Of a stretch of 45,226 bases of DNA, positions 29,541-39,331 are shown piece by piece. Under the pieces are notes generated by a model. The model made no database searches. It was not told where the DNA came from and was given only the letters and a program-made list of their open reading frames with translations. Positions within the stretch are counted from its first letter, which is position 1; every line of letters begins with the position of its first letter. Made by a program: the position numbers and the translations under genes. The stretch is from an uncultured Dechloromonas sp. (GTDB lineage Bacteria > Pseudomonadota > Gammaproteobacteria > Burkholderiales > Rhodocyclaceae): positions 1 through 45,226 of the forward strand of contig CAXYZX010000001.1 in assembly GCA_964293845.1 (NCBI GenBank), read 5' to 3'.

Positions 29541-30284
29541 ATGACTCAACGTGTTGCTCTCGTAACCGGCGCTATGGGTGGTCTTGGTACCGCAATTTGT
29601 CAAGAACTGGCCAAGGCTGGTCACAAGGTGGTCGCTTCTTACCACCCGCAGTTTGATAACAAAGAAGAGTGGCTGAAGGAAATGGCAGCTGCCGGCTTCA
29701 ACGATTTCGTCTGCGTCGCTGGTGACGTGTCTTCCCTGGAAGATTGCGAAAAGATGGTCAACGAAGCAGAAGCTGCTGCTGGTCCAGTTGATATCCTGAT
29801 CAACAACGCCGGTATCACCCGCGACAAGATGTTTGCCAAGATGGAAAAGGACGGCTGGGATGCAGTTATCTCCACCAACCTGACCTCGCTGTTCAACATG
29901 ACCAAGCAAGTGTCAGCCAAGATGGCCGGCCGTGGCTGGGGTCGTATTGTTAACATTTCTTCCGTCAACGGCGTCAAAGGTCAGGCTGGCCAGACCAACT
30001 ACTCCGCTGCCAAGGCTGGCGTGATCGGCTTCTCCAAAGCGCTGGCTGCCGAATTGGCTGCCAAAGGCGTGACAGTTAACGTCATCTGCCCGGGCTATGT
30101 GGCAACCAAGATGGTTATGGCGATCAAGCCGGAAGTTCTGCAATCCATCATCGACACTGTGCCGATGAAGCGTCTGGCCAAACCGGAAGAAATCGGTGGC
30201 GCCTGCGCCTACCTGGCTTCTGATATCGCTGGCTTCATGACCGGCGCGACGATGAACATCAACGGCGGTTTGTACTACCAGTAA
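29541..30284 (+). CDS. phaB: Acetoacetyl-CoA reductase (copy 2)
   Basis: TGAMGGLG, NNAGITRD, GQTNYSAAKAG; AGGAAGGA RBS. Confidence 0.93.
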   Translation: MTQRVALVTGAMGGLGTAICQELAKAGHKVVASYHPQFDNKEEWLKEMAAAGFNDFVCVAGDVSSLEDCEKMVNEAEAAAGPVDILINNAGITRDKMFAKMEKDGWDAVISTNLTSLFNMTKQVSAKMAGRGWGRIVNISSVNGVKGQAGQTNYSAAKAGVIGFSKALAAELAAKGVTVNVICPGYVATKMVMAIKPEVLQSIIDTVPMKRLAKPEEIGGACAYLASDIAGFMTGATMNINGGLYYQ

Positions 30285-30300
30285 TATTGCAATGCACCAC

Positions 30301-30330
30301 AAACGGGCACCTTTGGGTGCCCGTTTTTTT
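30301..30330 (+). terminator. Rho-independent terminator after phaB copy 2
   Basis: AAACGGGCACC-tttg-GGTGCCCGTTTTTTT. Confidence 0.9.
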
Positions 30331-30334
30331 GAGC

Positions 30335-30352
30335 TATAATGTTGCACTGCAC
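30335..30352 (+). promoter_or_regulatory. phaR -10 box with adjoining putative PhaR operator
   Basis: TATAAT (30335-30340) followed by TTGCACTGCAC (30342-30352); near-identical TTGCAATGCAC at 30287-30297. Confidence 0.55.
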
Positions 30353-30377
30353 ACAAATCAAGTTTGAGGATCACGGC

Positions 30378-30926
30378 ATGCCAGAAACTGTACGGCTGAT
30401 CAAAAAATATCCTAATCGTCGTCTTTATGACACCAAGACGAGTGCATACATCACGCTGAGTGATGTAAAGGATCTGGTTCTCAAATACGAGGTTTTTAAG
30501 GTGGTTGATGCCAAATCCACTGAAGATCTGACGCGCAGCATTCTTCTTCAGATTATTCTTGAAGAAGAGACGGGTGGTATGCCACTTTTTTCCAGCGAGC
30601 TTCTTTCAGCTTTCGTCCGTTTCTACGGTAGTGCCATGCAAGGTATGCTGGGCAAGTATCTGGAAAACAACATGAAGACCTTTGTTGATTTTCAGGGCAA
30701 ACTGCAAGAGCAGTCACGCACTATGCCTGGGAGTGATAACACCACCATGCAGACTGACTTCTGGAATCAGTTCCTGAACTTTCAGCAGCCGGCAATGCAG
30801 AGCATGATGACTACCTATATGGATCAGTCGAAAAAAATGTTCCAGAATATGCAGGATCAGCTCCAAAGTCAGACAAGGAACATGTTTGTCGGCTTGGTCG
30901 TGCCTCCTGAAAAGAACGAGAAGTAA
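30378..30926 (+). CDS. phaR: PHA synthesis repressor PhaR
   Basis: RLIKKYPNRRLYDT..S.YITL, EDLTRSILLQIILEEE; GAGG RBS. Confidence 0.95.
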   Translation: MPETVRLIKKYPNRRLYDTKTSAYITLSDVKDLVLKYEVFKVVDAKSTEDLTRSILLQIILEEETGGMPLFSSELLSAFVRFYGSAMQGMLGKYLENNMKTFVDFQGKLQEQSRTMPGSDNTTMQTDFWNQFLNFQQPAMQSMMTTYMDQSKKMFQNMQDQLQSQTRNMFVGLVVPPEKNEK

Positions 30927-30961
30927 TATAAAAAATGCCTGCTTGAAGGTGGGCAACGATG

Positions 30962-30983
30962 CCCCGGTATGTGAATACCGGGG
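30962..30983. terminator. Hairpin between convergent phaR and suhB
   Basis: CCCCGGTAT-gtga-ATACCGGGG; no clear U tract. Confidence 0.5.
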
Positions 30984-30998
30984 AAGCTCAAGGTGAGC

Positions 30999-31811
30999 TT
31001 AGCCCTTGATCGAAGCCGGTAGCTTCTCTTCAATCAGCTTTAACAATGGCCCAAATACCTTGGGTGTGCCGGCAATGATATTGCCCGACTCAAGGTAGGT
31101 GGCATCACCACGCAGGTCGCTGACCAACCCGCCCGCTTCCGAAACCAGCAGGGCGCCAGCAGCCATGTCCCAGGGTGATAAACCAAGCTCCCAGAAAGCA
31201 TCGTAGCGACCGCAGGCGACGTAGGCCAGATCAAGCGATGCTGCACCAGGCCGGCGCATTCCGGCAGTCTTCTGAGTCAGTTCCTTGAAGATGGCAATGT
31301 AGGTGTCGATATGATCGAACATGCGGTAGGGAAAGCCTGTGCCGATCAAAGAGTCCTGTAGCTTGAGGCGTTTCGAAACGCGGATACGCCGCTCATTCAG
31401 AAAAGCTCCACTGCCTTTGCTGGCAGTGAATAGCTCATTGCGATTCAAGTCAAAAACAACCGCCTGTTCAACGATGCCAGATTTGGCAAGCGCAATTGAA
31501 ACGGCGTATTGTGGTAGCCCGTGTATGAAATTGGTGGTGCCATCGAGCGGGTCGATAATCCACTGATACTCGCTCTCCTGATCACCACGTCCTGCAGAAT
31601 GGCCAGACTCCTCTGCTAGAATTCCGTATTCTGGATAAGCATCGCGCAGCACCTCGATAATTGCTGCTTCGGCAGCCTTGTCGACCTCGGTGACAAAGTC
31701 GTTGGGTTGTTTTGTCGAAACCTTGATCAAGTCAAGATCATTGGAGGCGCGGTTGATAACCTGGCCGGCGCGACGCGCTGCCTTGACGGCAATATTGAGA
31801 GCTGGATGCAT
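30999..31811 (-). CDS. suhB: Inositol monophosphatase family protein SuhB
   Basis: [25 protein letters not shown]; divergent from trmJ. Confidence 0.95.
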   Translation of the reverse strand: MHPALNIAVKAARRAGQVINRASNDLDLIKVSTKQPNDFVTEVDKAAEAAIIEVLRDAYPEYGILAEESGHSAGRGDQESEYQWIIDPLDGTTNFIHGLPQYAVSIALAKSGIVEQAVVFDLNRNELFTASKGSGAFLNERRIRVSKRLKLQDSLIGTGFPYRMFDHIDTYIAIFKELTQKTAGMRRPGAASLDLAYVACGRYDAFWELGLSPWDMAAGALLVSEAGGLVSDLRGDATYLESGNIIAGTPKVFGPLLKLIEEKLPASIKG

Positions 31812-31874
31812 GGGCTTAAAGAGCTGACGGGTGGCTTGAGCTGCCCGCGATAATTTGAAAGGTTGAATTTTACT

Positions 31875-32633
31875 ATGAAGCCGGAAGTCCTGCTTTCACG
31901 AATCCGTATTGTTCTTTGTCGGCCGACTCATCCCGGGAACATTGGCGCTGCAGCTCGGGCGATGAAAACGATGGGGTTGGGGCACCTGAGCCTTGTGTCG
32001 CCGAAGCAGTTTCCCGATCCAGAGGCAGATACGCGTGCAACGGGTGCGGTCGACTTGCTGCAGCAGGCAGAAATTTACCCATCCCTTCAAGAAGCGCTAG
32101 CAGGTACTGTTTTTGTCGTTGGATTATCTGCTCGACGGCGTGATCTTGGTCCGGAAATCGGTGAACCGCGCGAAATGGTTACGCGTCTCCTTGCGGCAGC
32201 TGCCGAAGGGGAGGTTGCTTTGGTGTTTGGCAACGAAACAGTCGGCTTGTCCAATGACGAAATTCAGTTGTGCCATGCAGCAGTGAGCATCCCAACGAAT
32301 CCGGATTTTAGTTCGCTCAATCTCGGCTCAGCTGTACAGGTCTTGTGCTATGAGGTACGTATGGGGGCATTTGCCGGGCGCCCGCCGGCCTTGGGAGCAC
32401 TGGTTACGCCCTTTGTCTCACCAACGGCAACACACAGCGAAGTAGAGGGGTTCTATCAGCATCTTGAAGCTGTGATGACAACGACAGGTTTCTTTAATCC
32501 GGAGCATCCTGGGCGCCTGATTCCCAAGCTGCGCCGGTTGTTTGGGCGTATTCGCCTGGAGCGCGATGAGGTCAATATTTTGCGCGGCGTGCTGGCCGCA
32601 ACCCAAAGCCATACCGGGCACGGCAAGCACTAA
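31875..32633 (+). CDS. trmJ: tRNA (cytidine/uridine-2'-O)-methyltransferase TrmJ (SPOUT)
   Basis: [40 protein letters not shown]; alternative TTG start at 31863. Confidence 0.9.
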   Translation: MKPEVLLSRIRIVLCRPTHPGNIGAAARAMKTMGLGHLSLVSPKQFPDPEADTRATGAVDLLQQAEIYPSLQEALAGTVFVVGLSARRRDLGPEIGEPREMVTRLLAAAAEGEVALVFGNETVGLSNDEIQLCHAAVSIPTNPDFSSLNLGSAVQVLCYEVRMGAFAGRPPALGALVTPFVSPTATHSEVEGFYQHLEAVMTTTGFFNPEHPGRLIPKLRRLFGRIRLERDEVNILRGVLAATQSHTGHGKH

Positions 32634-32634
32634 A

Positions 32635-32662
32635 GAAAAACCCCGCCGAAGTGGGCGGGGTT
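32635..32662 (-). terminator. Rho-independent terminator downstream of hupB
   Basis: Minus strand AACCCCGCC-cacttc-GGCGGGGTTTTTCTT. Confidence 0.85.
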
Positions 32663-32724
32663 CCGAAGGATCCTGTACTGAGAGATCGACATTCACCTTG
32701 TAAGGAGAAGAGCTCCCTACGGTA

Positions 32725-32997
32725 TTAATTTACTGCGTCTTTTAGGCCCTTGCCGGCACGGAATTTTGGAACTTTAGCTGCATCAATGCTGAGTTCCTCG
32801 CCTGTGCGCGGATTACGGCCAGTGCGCGCGGCGCGTTCACCAACATAGAAGGTGCCGAAACCGATCAGGCTGACGGTGTCGCCTTTTTTCAGAGATTCGG
32901 TGACAGCTGCGACGGTAGCATCAAGTGCGCGACCGGCTGCTGCCTTGGAGATTTCAGCAGCTTCGGCGATCTGGTCGATCAGTTCAGTCTTATTCAT
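32725..32997 (-). CDS. hupB: DNA-binding protein HU
   Basis: [36 protein letters not shown]; downstream of lon. Confidence 0.95.
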   Translation of the reverse strand: MNKTELIDQIAEAAEISKAAAGRALDATVAAVTESLKKGDTVSLIGFGTFYVGERAARTGRNPRTGEELSIDAAKVPKFRAGKGLKDAVN

Positions 32998-33162
32998 TTA
33001 TGTCCCCTGAGAGGATTGATTAAAAAGAAGAGAATATGTGTGGAGGGCGATTTATATCCCCCTTGAAATCCTTGTGTCAAGCGGATTCTGGCCGATTACA
33101 GGGGCCTAGTATGGCATAGTGGACATTCCAGTGTTAACGCGCTGGCATGTAATCCTTGAAAA

Positions 33163-35577
33163 TCAATGGGTAAGAATGGTTGTTGCTGCTGCGCTGTCTG
33201 CTCCGGCCTGAACAGGTTCGGTGACCGGTGCTGTCTCTGGCAGGGCTTCCGGTTTGCGCTCAAGGGCACGTTCCAGAACTTGATCGATCCAGCGGACCGG
33301 CACAATTTCAATCTTGTTTTTGATGTTATCTGGTATCTCAGTAAGATCCTTGACGTTCTCTTCAGGGATCAGTGCAATCTTCAAGCCACCGCGGACGGCG
33401 GCCAGCAACTTTTCCTTTAGACCGCCAATCGCCAAGACTTCGCCACGAAGTGTGATTTCACCTGTCATGCAGACATCGCAGCGAACCGGAATACCTGTGT
33501 AGGATGAAACCAGTGCAGTGGTCATTGCGCAACCTGCGGATGGGCCGTCTTTGGGGGTGGCACCTTCGGGAACGTGGATGTGAATGTCGCACTTCTCGAA
33601 GGCCTCATCCTTGATCCCCAGCCGACGTGAGCGAGCACGGACGACCGAGCGTGCTGCTTCAACGGACTCCTTCATGACGTCGCCCAGTGAGCCGGTACGC
33701 AGGATGTTGCCTTTGCCCGGCATGATGGCGCATTCGATGGTCAGCAATTCACCACCGACTTCTGTCCAGGCAAGACCGGTCACCTGTCCGACCTGATTTT
33801 CTTTTTCTGCCATCCCGAAGGTGTAGCGACGCACACCTAAAAATTTATCGAGATTTCTGGCGTTGACCGCAATCTTTGTGTCCCGCTTCTTGAGAACCAG
33901 CGTTCTGACGACCTTGCGGCAAATTTTGGAGATTTCACGTTCTAGCGCACGTACCCCAGCTTCGCGGGAATAGTAGCGCACGATGTCACGTACCGCACTG
34001 TCGGCAACGGCGATTTCAGTTTTTTTCAGGCCATTGTTCTTGATCTGCTTGGGCAGCAGATAGCGCATGGCAATGTTGACCTTTTCGTCTTCGGTGTAAC
34101 CAGAGAGGCGAATCACTTCCATTCGGTCCAGCAAAGGAGCTGGGATGTTCATGGTATTGGCGGTCGCCACAAACATAACGTCGGAGAGGTCGAAGTCGAC
34201 TTCAACGTAATGATCCTGGAAGGTATGGTTCTGTTCTGGATCCAGTACCTCAAGCAAGGCAGAGGAGGGGTCACCACGAAAATCCTGACCGAGCTTATCC
34301 ACTTCATCCAGCAGGAAAAGCGGGTTACGTACGCCAACCTTGCTCAGGCTTTGCAGAATTTTTCCTGGCATTGAGCCGATATAGGTGCGACGGTGACCAC
34401 GGATTTCGGCTTCGTCACGTACACCGCCGAGCGCCATGCGCACGAACTTGCGGTTGGTGGCTTTTGCAATTGATTGGCCAAGCGAGGTCTTGCCCACGCC
34501 AGGAGGTCCTACGAGGCACAGGATCGGTGCCTTGACCTTGTCGACGCGCTGCTGCACTGCAAGATACTCAACAATACGCTCTTTGACTTTTTCCAGACCG
34601 TAGTGGTCGGAGTCCAGCACCTTTTCAGCTTCGTGGAGGTCCTTGCTGATGCGGGTCTTCTTGCGCCATGGCAAGCCAATCAGTGTTTCAATAAAGTTAC
34701 GGACGACAGTCGCTTCGGCAGACATTGGTGACATCAAGCGTAGCTTCTTGAGTTCGCTCTGGGCCTTGGTCAAGCCTTCTTTGCTCATCCCTGCTGCTTT
34801 GATCTTCTTATCCAGTTCCTCAAGATCAGCACCTTCTTCGCCTTCGCCGAGTTCCTTCTGGATCGCCTTGACCTGCTCATTGAGGTAGTACTCGCGTTGG
34901 CTCTTCTCCATCTGACGCTTGACGCGGCCACGGATGCGCTTTTCTACCTGCAGGATGTCGATTTCTGATTCCAGCTGGGATAGCAGGCGGTCGATACGGT
35001 CGCGAATGCTTTCCATCTCCAGCACTTCCTGCTTCTGCTCAAGTTTGAGTGGCAGATGTGCGGCAATGGTGTCAGCCAGACGACCGGCATCTTCGATGCC
35101 AGCAATGGACGAAAGTACTTCAGGCGGGATTTTCTTGTTGAGTTTGACAAACTGGTCAAATTGAGCAACTACGGCGCGGCGCATAGCCTCGATTTCGTGG
35201 TCTTCAACACCAGGTTGCGGCAATGGGGTAGCAGTGGCCATGAAGACGGAGGATTGCACCTCGATCGCTTCGACACGCGCCCGCTGTGTTCCTTCAACAA
35301 GCACTTTGACAGTGCCATCGGGCAGCTTGAGCATCTGCAGAATATTGGCCAAACAGCCTATGCTGTAGAGATCTTCCGGTTCCGGTTCATCCTTGGCGGC
35401 AGATTTTTGGGCCACCAGCAAAATATTCTTGCCGGCTTCCATGGCCATTTCGAGCGCCTTGATTGATTTCGGGCGACCAACGAAAAGCGGAATGACCATG
35501 TGCGGAAACACGACAACATCGCGCAACGGCAGCAATGGTAGTTCGACGGTTTCCGGGAGCGTGTTGGGGTTCGACAT
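33163..35577 (-). CDS. lon: ATP-dependent protease La
   Basis: LPLRDVVVFP, GPPGVGKTS Walker A, PKDGPSAG catalytic Ser, IGGLKEK. Confidence 0.98.
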   Translation of the reverse strand: MSNPNTLPETVELPLLPLRDVVVFPHMVIPLFVGRPKSIKALEMAMEAGKNILLVAQKSAAKDEPEPEDLYSIGCLANILQMLKLPDGTVKVLVEGTQRARVEAIEVQSSVFMATATPLPQPGVEDHEIEAMRRAVVAQFDQFVKLNKKIPPEVLSSIAGIEDAGRLADTIAAHLPLKLEQKQEVLEMESIRDRIDRLLSQLESEIDILQVEKRIRGRVKRQMEKSQREYYLNEQVKAIQKELGEGEEGADLEELDKKIKAAGMSKEGLTKAQSELKKLRLMSPMSAEATVVRNFIETLIGLPWRKKTRISKDLHEAEKVLDSDHYGLEKVKERIVEYLAVQQRVDKVKAPILCLVGPPGVGKTSLGQSIAKATNRKFVRMALGGVRDEAEIRGHRRTYIGSMPGKILQSLSKVGVRNPLFLLDEVDKLGQDFRGDPSSALLEVLDPEQNHTFQDHYVEVDFDLSDVMFVATANTMNIPAPLLDRMEVIRLSGYTEDEKVNIAMRYLLPKQIKNNGLKKTEIAVADSAVRDIVRYYSREAGVRALEREISKICRKVVRTLVLKKRDTKIAVNARNLDKFLGVRRYTFGMAEKENQVGQVTGLAWTEVGGELLTIECAIMPGKGNILRTGSLGDVMKESVEAARSVVRARSRRLGIKDEAFEKCDIHIHVPEGATPKDGPSAGCAMTTALVSSYTGIPVRCDVCMTGEITLRGEVLAIGGLKEKLLAAVRGGLKIALIPEENVKDLTEIPDNIKNKIEIVPVRWIDQVLERALERKPEALPETAPVTEPVQAGADSAAATTILTH

Positions 35578-35609
35578 TACGATGCCTTTGAAATAGGTAT
35601 ATGGCCCCT

Positions 35610-35637
35610 AAGTGGGGGCAGGAAACCGCAATTCAAG
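35610..35637 (-). promoter_or_regulatory. Sigma32 (RpoH) heat-shock promoter of lon
   Basis: Minus strand CTTGAA-N13-CCCCCACTT, close to the CTTGAA/CCCCAT consensus. Confidence 0.75.
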
Positions 35638-35644
35638 TACCGGC

Positions 35645-36907
35645 TCAGTTGGAGCCGGAAACCTTTGGCTGATCGGCGTAAATTAGCAGGGCAGGGGTGT
35701 CGCCGGTGATCATGTTTTCATCAATCACAACCTTTTCGACATTCTCCATACCCGGAAGTTCGTACATCGTATCAAGCAGGGCATGCTCCAAAATGGAGCG
35801 CAAGCCACGAGCACCTGTCTTGCGTGCCAATGCCTTCTTGGCAATGGCTGACAGGGCGCCAGGGCGGACTTCCAGTTCGACGTCTTCCATACTGAATAGC
35901 TTCTGATACTGCTTGATCAGAGCATTCTTGGGTTCGGTCAAGATCTGGATCAAGGCGGGCTCTTCCAGTTCCTGCAGCGTAGCAACGACCGGCAGGCGGC
36001 CAATCAGCTCGGGGATAAGGCCGAACTTGATCAGATCTTCCGGTTCAGCATCAAGCAGTACTTCACCGACAGCCTTCTTGTCGTTCTTGCTCTTGACTTC
36101 AGCACCGAAACCAATGCCGCCACGCTCGGATCGGTTGAGAATGATTTTTTCCAAGCCTGCAAAGGCGCCGCCGCAGATAAACAGGATGTTGGTCGTATCT
36201 ACCTGAACAAAGTCCTGATTCGGATGCTTGCGTCCGCCTTGTGGCGGAATCGAGGCGACGGTACCTTCGATCAGCTTGAGCAGCGCCTGCTGTACACCCT
36301 CACCGGAAACGTCACGGGTGATCGATGGATTGTCCGACTTGCGCGAAATTTTATCAATTTCATCAATATAAACAATGCCTTGCTGTGCTTTTTCGATATC
36401 GTAATCGCACTTTTGCAGCAACTTCTGGATGATGTTCTCGACGTCTTCACCGACATAACCAGCTTCAGTTAGCGTCGTTGCATCAGCCATGACGAAGGGC
36501 ACATTGAGCATGCGGGCCAGTGTCTGGGCCAGCAGGGTTTTGCCTGAGCCAGTAGGGCCCACCAACAAGATGTTGCTCTTGGCCAATTCTACTTCGCCAG
36601 CATTCTTGGCGGTATGGCGGAGTCGCTTGTAATGGTTATAAACCGCTACAGCCAGAATGCGCTTGGCAACTTCCTGGCCGATTACGTAGGAATCGAGGAT
36701 GGAACATATTTCACGCGGTGTTGGTAAGTCAGAACGACCAGCCTTGGCGGTTTCTTCGGGGAGTTCATCGCGGATGATGTCGTTGCAGAGTGAAATGCAC
36801 TCGTCGCAGATAAAGACCGACGGACCGGCGATGAGCTTTTTGACTTCGTGCTGGCTCTTGCCACAGAAGGAGCAGTAGAGCAGTTTTTCCTGGCCGCTTT
36901 TTGACAT
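35645..36907 (-). CDS. clpX: ATP-dependent Clp protease ATP-binding subunit
   Basis: CSFCGK..C..C zinc finger, [19 protein letters not shown] loop. Confidence 0.98.
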   Translation of the reverse strand: MSKSGQEKLLYCSFCGKSQHEVKKLIAGPSVFICDECISLCNDIIRDELPEETAKAGRSDLPTPREICSILDSYVIGQEVAKRILAVAVYNHYKRLRHTAKNAGEVELAKSNILLVGPTGSGKTLLAQTLARMLNVPFVMADATTLTEAGYVGEDVENIIQKLLQKCDYDIEKAQQGIVYIDEIDKISRKSDNPSITRDVSGEGVQQALLKLIEGTVASIPPQGGRKHPNQDFVQVDTTNILFICGGAFAGLEKIILNRSERGGIGFGAEVKSKNDKKAVGEVLLDAEPEDLIKFGLIPELIGRLPVVATLQELEEPALIQILTEPKNALIKQYQKLFSMEDVELEVRPGALSAIAKKALARKTGARGLRSILEHALLDTMYELPGMENVEKVVIDENMITGDTPALLIYADQPKVSGSN

Positions 36908-36921
36908 CTGCATTTCTCCGG

Positions 36922-37551
36922 TTAAGCCGCGTCGCGGCGTGTTAGCACCTTGTCGATCAAACCATACTCTGCGGCTTCGGCCGAAGAAAGGAAATTGTCA
37001 CGATCGGTATCTTTTTCGATACGTTCCAGCGGTTGACCGCTATGTTCTGCCATGATTCGGTTCAAACGATCACGAATCGACAGAATTTCCTTGGCATGAA
37101 TGGCGATATCCGATGCCTGGCCCTGGAAACCACCCAGCGGTTGGTGAATCATCACGCGGGAGTTTGGCAGGGCAAAACGTTTTCCCTTGGCGCCGGCATT
37201 GAGCAGGAAGGCACCCATTGAGGCCGCCTGTCCAATACACAGCGTGGAAACGTCAGGTTTGATGAACTGCATGGTGTCATAAATTGACATACCTGCCGTC
37301 ACCGAACCACCCGGTGAGTTAATGTAGAAATAAATATCCTTGTCCGGATTGTCGGCTTCAAGGAAAAGCAATTGGGCAACAACCAGATTAGCGGTGATGT
37401 CGTTAACCGGGCCGACAAGAAAAATCACACGCTCCTTCAACAGGCGCGAATAGATGTCGAACGCACGTTCGCCGCGTCCACTCTGTTCAATCACCATGGG
37501 GACCATGCCTAATGCCTGTGGATCCCAATTGCCTGCGTTGTCGATATTCAT
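36922..37551 (-). CDS. clpP: ATP-dependent Clp protease proteolytic subunit
   Basis: [33 protein letters not shown]. Confidence 0.98.
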   Translation of the reverse strand: MNIDNAGNWDPQALGMVPMVIEQSGRGERAFDIYSRLLKERVIFLVGPVNDITANLVVAQLLFLEADNPDKDIYFYINSPGGSVTAGMSIYDTMQFIKPDVSTLCIGQAASMGAFLLNAGAKGKRFALPNSRVMIHQPLGGFQGQASDIAIHAKEILSIRDRLNRIMAEHSGQPLERIEKDTDRDNFLSSAEAAEYGLIDKVLTRRDAA

Positions 37552-37621
37552 GTCAGCCCTTTTGCGTTGCCGAATTTTGTTAAGTTTGAGACGTTTGTAA
37601 CTTTTGTGACGAAAGATTGGC

Positions 37622-38926
37622 TTAGTTCTTCTGGCCCATCAGTTCATCAAAAACTTCAGCCTTGTCGGTTACCTTGGCTTTGCTCAGCACCCATTCAACT
37701 ACATTATTCTCAATCGCCACACCTTCAATTTCCTGCAGGCGCTGCGGTTGGGCGTAGTACCAACGGATCACTTCTTCCGGCTGCTCGTAGCTCTGAGCAC
37801 CTTCCTCAACCATGGCACGAACTTGTTCCGGGGTTGCATGAAGCTTCTCTGTCTTAACTACCTCAGCAAGAAGCAGACCAAGGGTAACGCGGCGCTTAGC
37901 CTGGTCGGCAAACCATTCCGGCTGGATTGGCATGTCCTTGATCTTCATGCCGCGTTGCTCCATATCCTGGCGAGCAGCTTGCATCAAACGCTGGATTTCC
38001 ATATCGACCAGGGCGCTTGGAACGGTGATTGGGTTGGTCTTGATCAGTGCTTCCATGACCTGATCCTTCAGCTTGCCTTCAATACGGCGCTTAACTTCAC
38101 GCTTCAGGTTCGCTTCGATTTCAGCACGCATCTTGGTCACGTCGCCATCGGCGATGCCCATGCCAATAGCGAACTCAGCATCCAGTTCCGGCAATTTAGG
38201 TGCTTGAACCTGTTTGACGGTAATTTCGAACTGAACTGTTTGCCCAGCTAGGTCGGCTGCGTGGTAATCAGCGGGGAAAGCCAAATCGAAAGTCTTGGAT
38301 TCGCCGGCTGCTGCACCTTCAACAGCATTCTCGAAATCTGGCAGCATCATGCCCTGGCCAAGGACAAATGGGTAGTCCTTGGCTTCTCCGCCTTGGAAAG
38401 GTACGCCGTCTTTCTTGCCCAAAAAGTCGATCACAACACGATCTTCCTTGGCTGCAGCACGGTCAGCATCTTCATATGAAACGCGCTGTTTGCGCAGGAT
38501 GTCGAGGGTCTTGTCAATTTCAGCAGCGCTGACTTCAAGTACAGGACGTTCAACTTCTGCGGTAGACATGTCGCCGAGCGTGAATTCTGGATAAACCTCG
38601 AAGATGGCAGAGAACTCGAGGTGAGTCGTGCTCTCGGTGTTTTTCGGTTCAATGCGCGGGTACCCGGCGACACGCATTTTCTGGGTGGTGACGGTTTCAC
38701 CAAATACGCGATCAAGTGCTTCAGACAGCACTTCGTGGCGAGCTTGCTCGCCGTACTGCTGCTTGACCATGCTGAAAGGGACCTTGCCCGGACGGAAACC
38801 GGCCATCTTGAAATTTTTGCCCATACGCTTCAGGCGTTGGTCCATTTCCCTCTCGACATCGGCGATGGCGATGGAGAGATCGACGCGACGTTCGAGTTCG
38901 TTAGCTTGTGCAGTAGTTGCTTCCAT
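37622..38926 (-). CDS. tig: Trigger factor
   Basis: GFRPGKVP ribosome-binding motif, FKBP domain, position upstream of clpP; start placed at ATG 38926. Confidence 0.97.
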   Translation of the reverse strand: MEATTAQANELERRVDLSIAIADVEREMDQRLKRMGKNFKMAGFRPGKVPFSMVKQQYGEQARHEVLSEALDRVFGETVTTQKMRVAGYPRIEPKNTESTTHLEFSAIFEVYPEFTLGDMSTAEVERPVLEVSAAEIDKTLDILRKQRVSYEDADRAAAKEDRVVIDFLGKKDGVPFQGGEAKDYPFVLGQGMMLPDFENAVEGAAAGESKTFDLAFPADYHAADLAGQTVQFEITVKQVQAPKLPELDAEFAIGMGIADGDVTKMRAEIEANLKREVKRRIEGKLKDQVMEALIKTNPITVPSALVDMEIQRLMQAARQDMEQRGMKIKDMPIQPEWFADQAKRRVTLGLLLAEVVKTEKLHATPEQVRAMVEEGAQSYEQPEEVIRWYYAQPQRLQEIEGVAIENNVVEWVLSKAKVTDKAEVFDELMGQKN

Positions 38927-39031
38927 GACAATTCCTTGTGACAACAGGGCCGAAAAATAAAGCTGACGATTCTATCATGCCCATCCAGACTCTTCCGCTC
39001 AGGATTTGATGGGAAAGGTGTACGGAGGGCC

Positions 39032-39067
39032 TAGACAGGCGCAGTAGAACTTCGTACAATGCGCGCC
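39032..39067 (+). promoter_or_regulatory. Stable-RNA type sigma70 promoter for tRNA-His
   Basis: TAGACA-N17-TACAAT followed by the GC-rich discriminator GCGCGCC. Confidence 0.75.
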
Positions 39068-39077
39068 TTCGCTCAGT

Positions 39078-39154
39078 GGCGGCTGTAGCTCAGTTGGTAG
39101 AGTCCCGGATTGTGATTCCGGTTGTCGTGGGTTCGAGCCCCATCAGTCGCCCCA
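39078..39154 (+). tRNA. tRNA-His (GUG)
   Basis: 77-nt cloverleaf: encoded G-1, TAGCTCAGTTGGTAGAG D arm, CCGGA-TTGTGAT-TCCGG anticodon arm, GTTCGAG T loop, C73 and encoded CCA. Confidence 0.97.
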
Positions 39155-39188
39155 AAATATCGTTTCACCAAGTATCAAGAAGCACCAT

Positions 39189-39222
39189 AAACCCCAACAG
39201 CTATAGGCTCTTGGGGTTTTTT
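39189..39222 (+). terminator. Terminator-like hairpin after tRNA-His
   Basis: AAACCCCAA...TTGGGGTTTTTT. Confidence 0.7.
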
Positions 39223-39256
39223 GTTGTCTCAATGCATCCCAAGGATTACCATTAGA

Positions 39257-39318
39257 TACCAATAGATTGTTGGTATTTATGTTGGTAGTTCATGTGCCAA
39301 CATAGCCGTGTACCAACA
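39257..39318. repeat. Cluster of TGTTGGTA repeats (putative integrase arm-type sites)
   Basis: TGTTGGTA at 39268 and 39280; inverted TACCAACA at 39311; one-mismatch inverted copies at 39257 and 39295. Confidence 0.6.
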
Positions 39319-39331
39319 AAGGAGCGCGGAT

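Noticed and set aside
33094-33153. GATTACA...TGTAATC inverted repeat with an inner stem between lon and hupB
   Set aside because: Short arms that could arise by chance; I cannot match it to any ncRNA family
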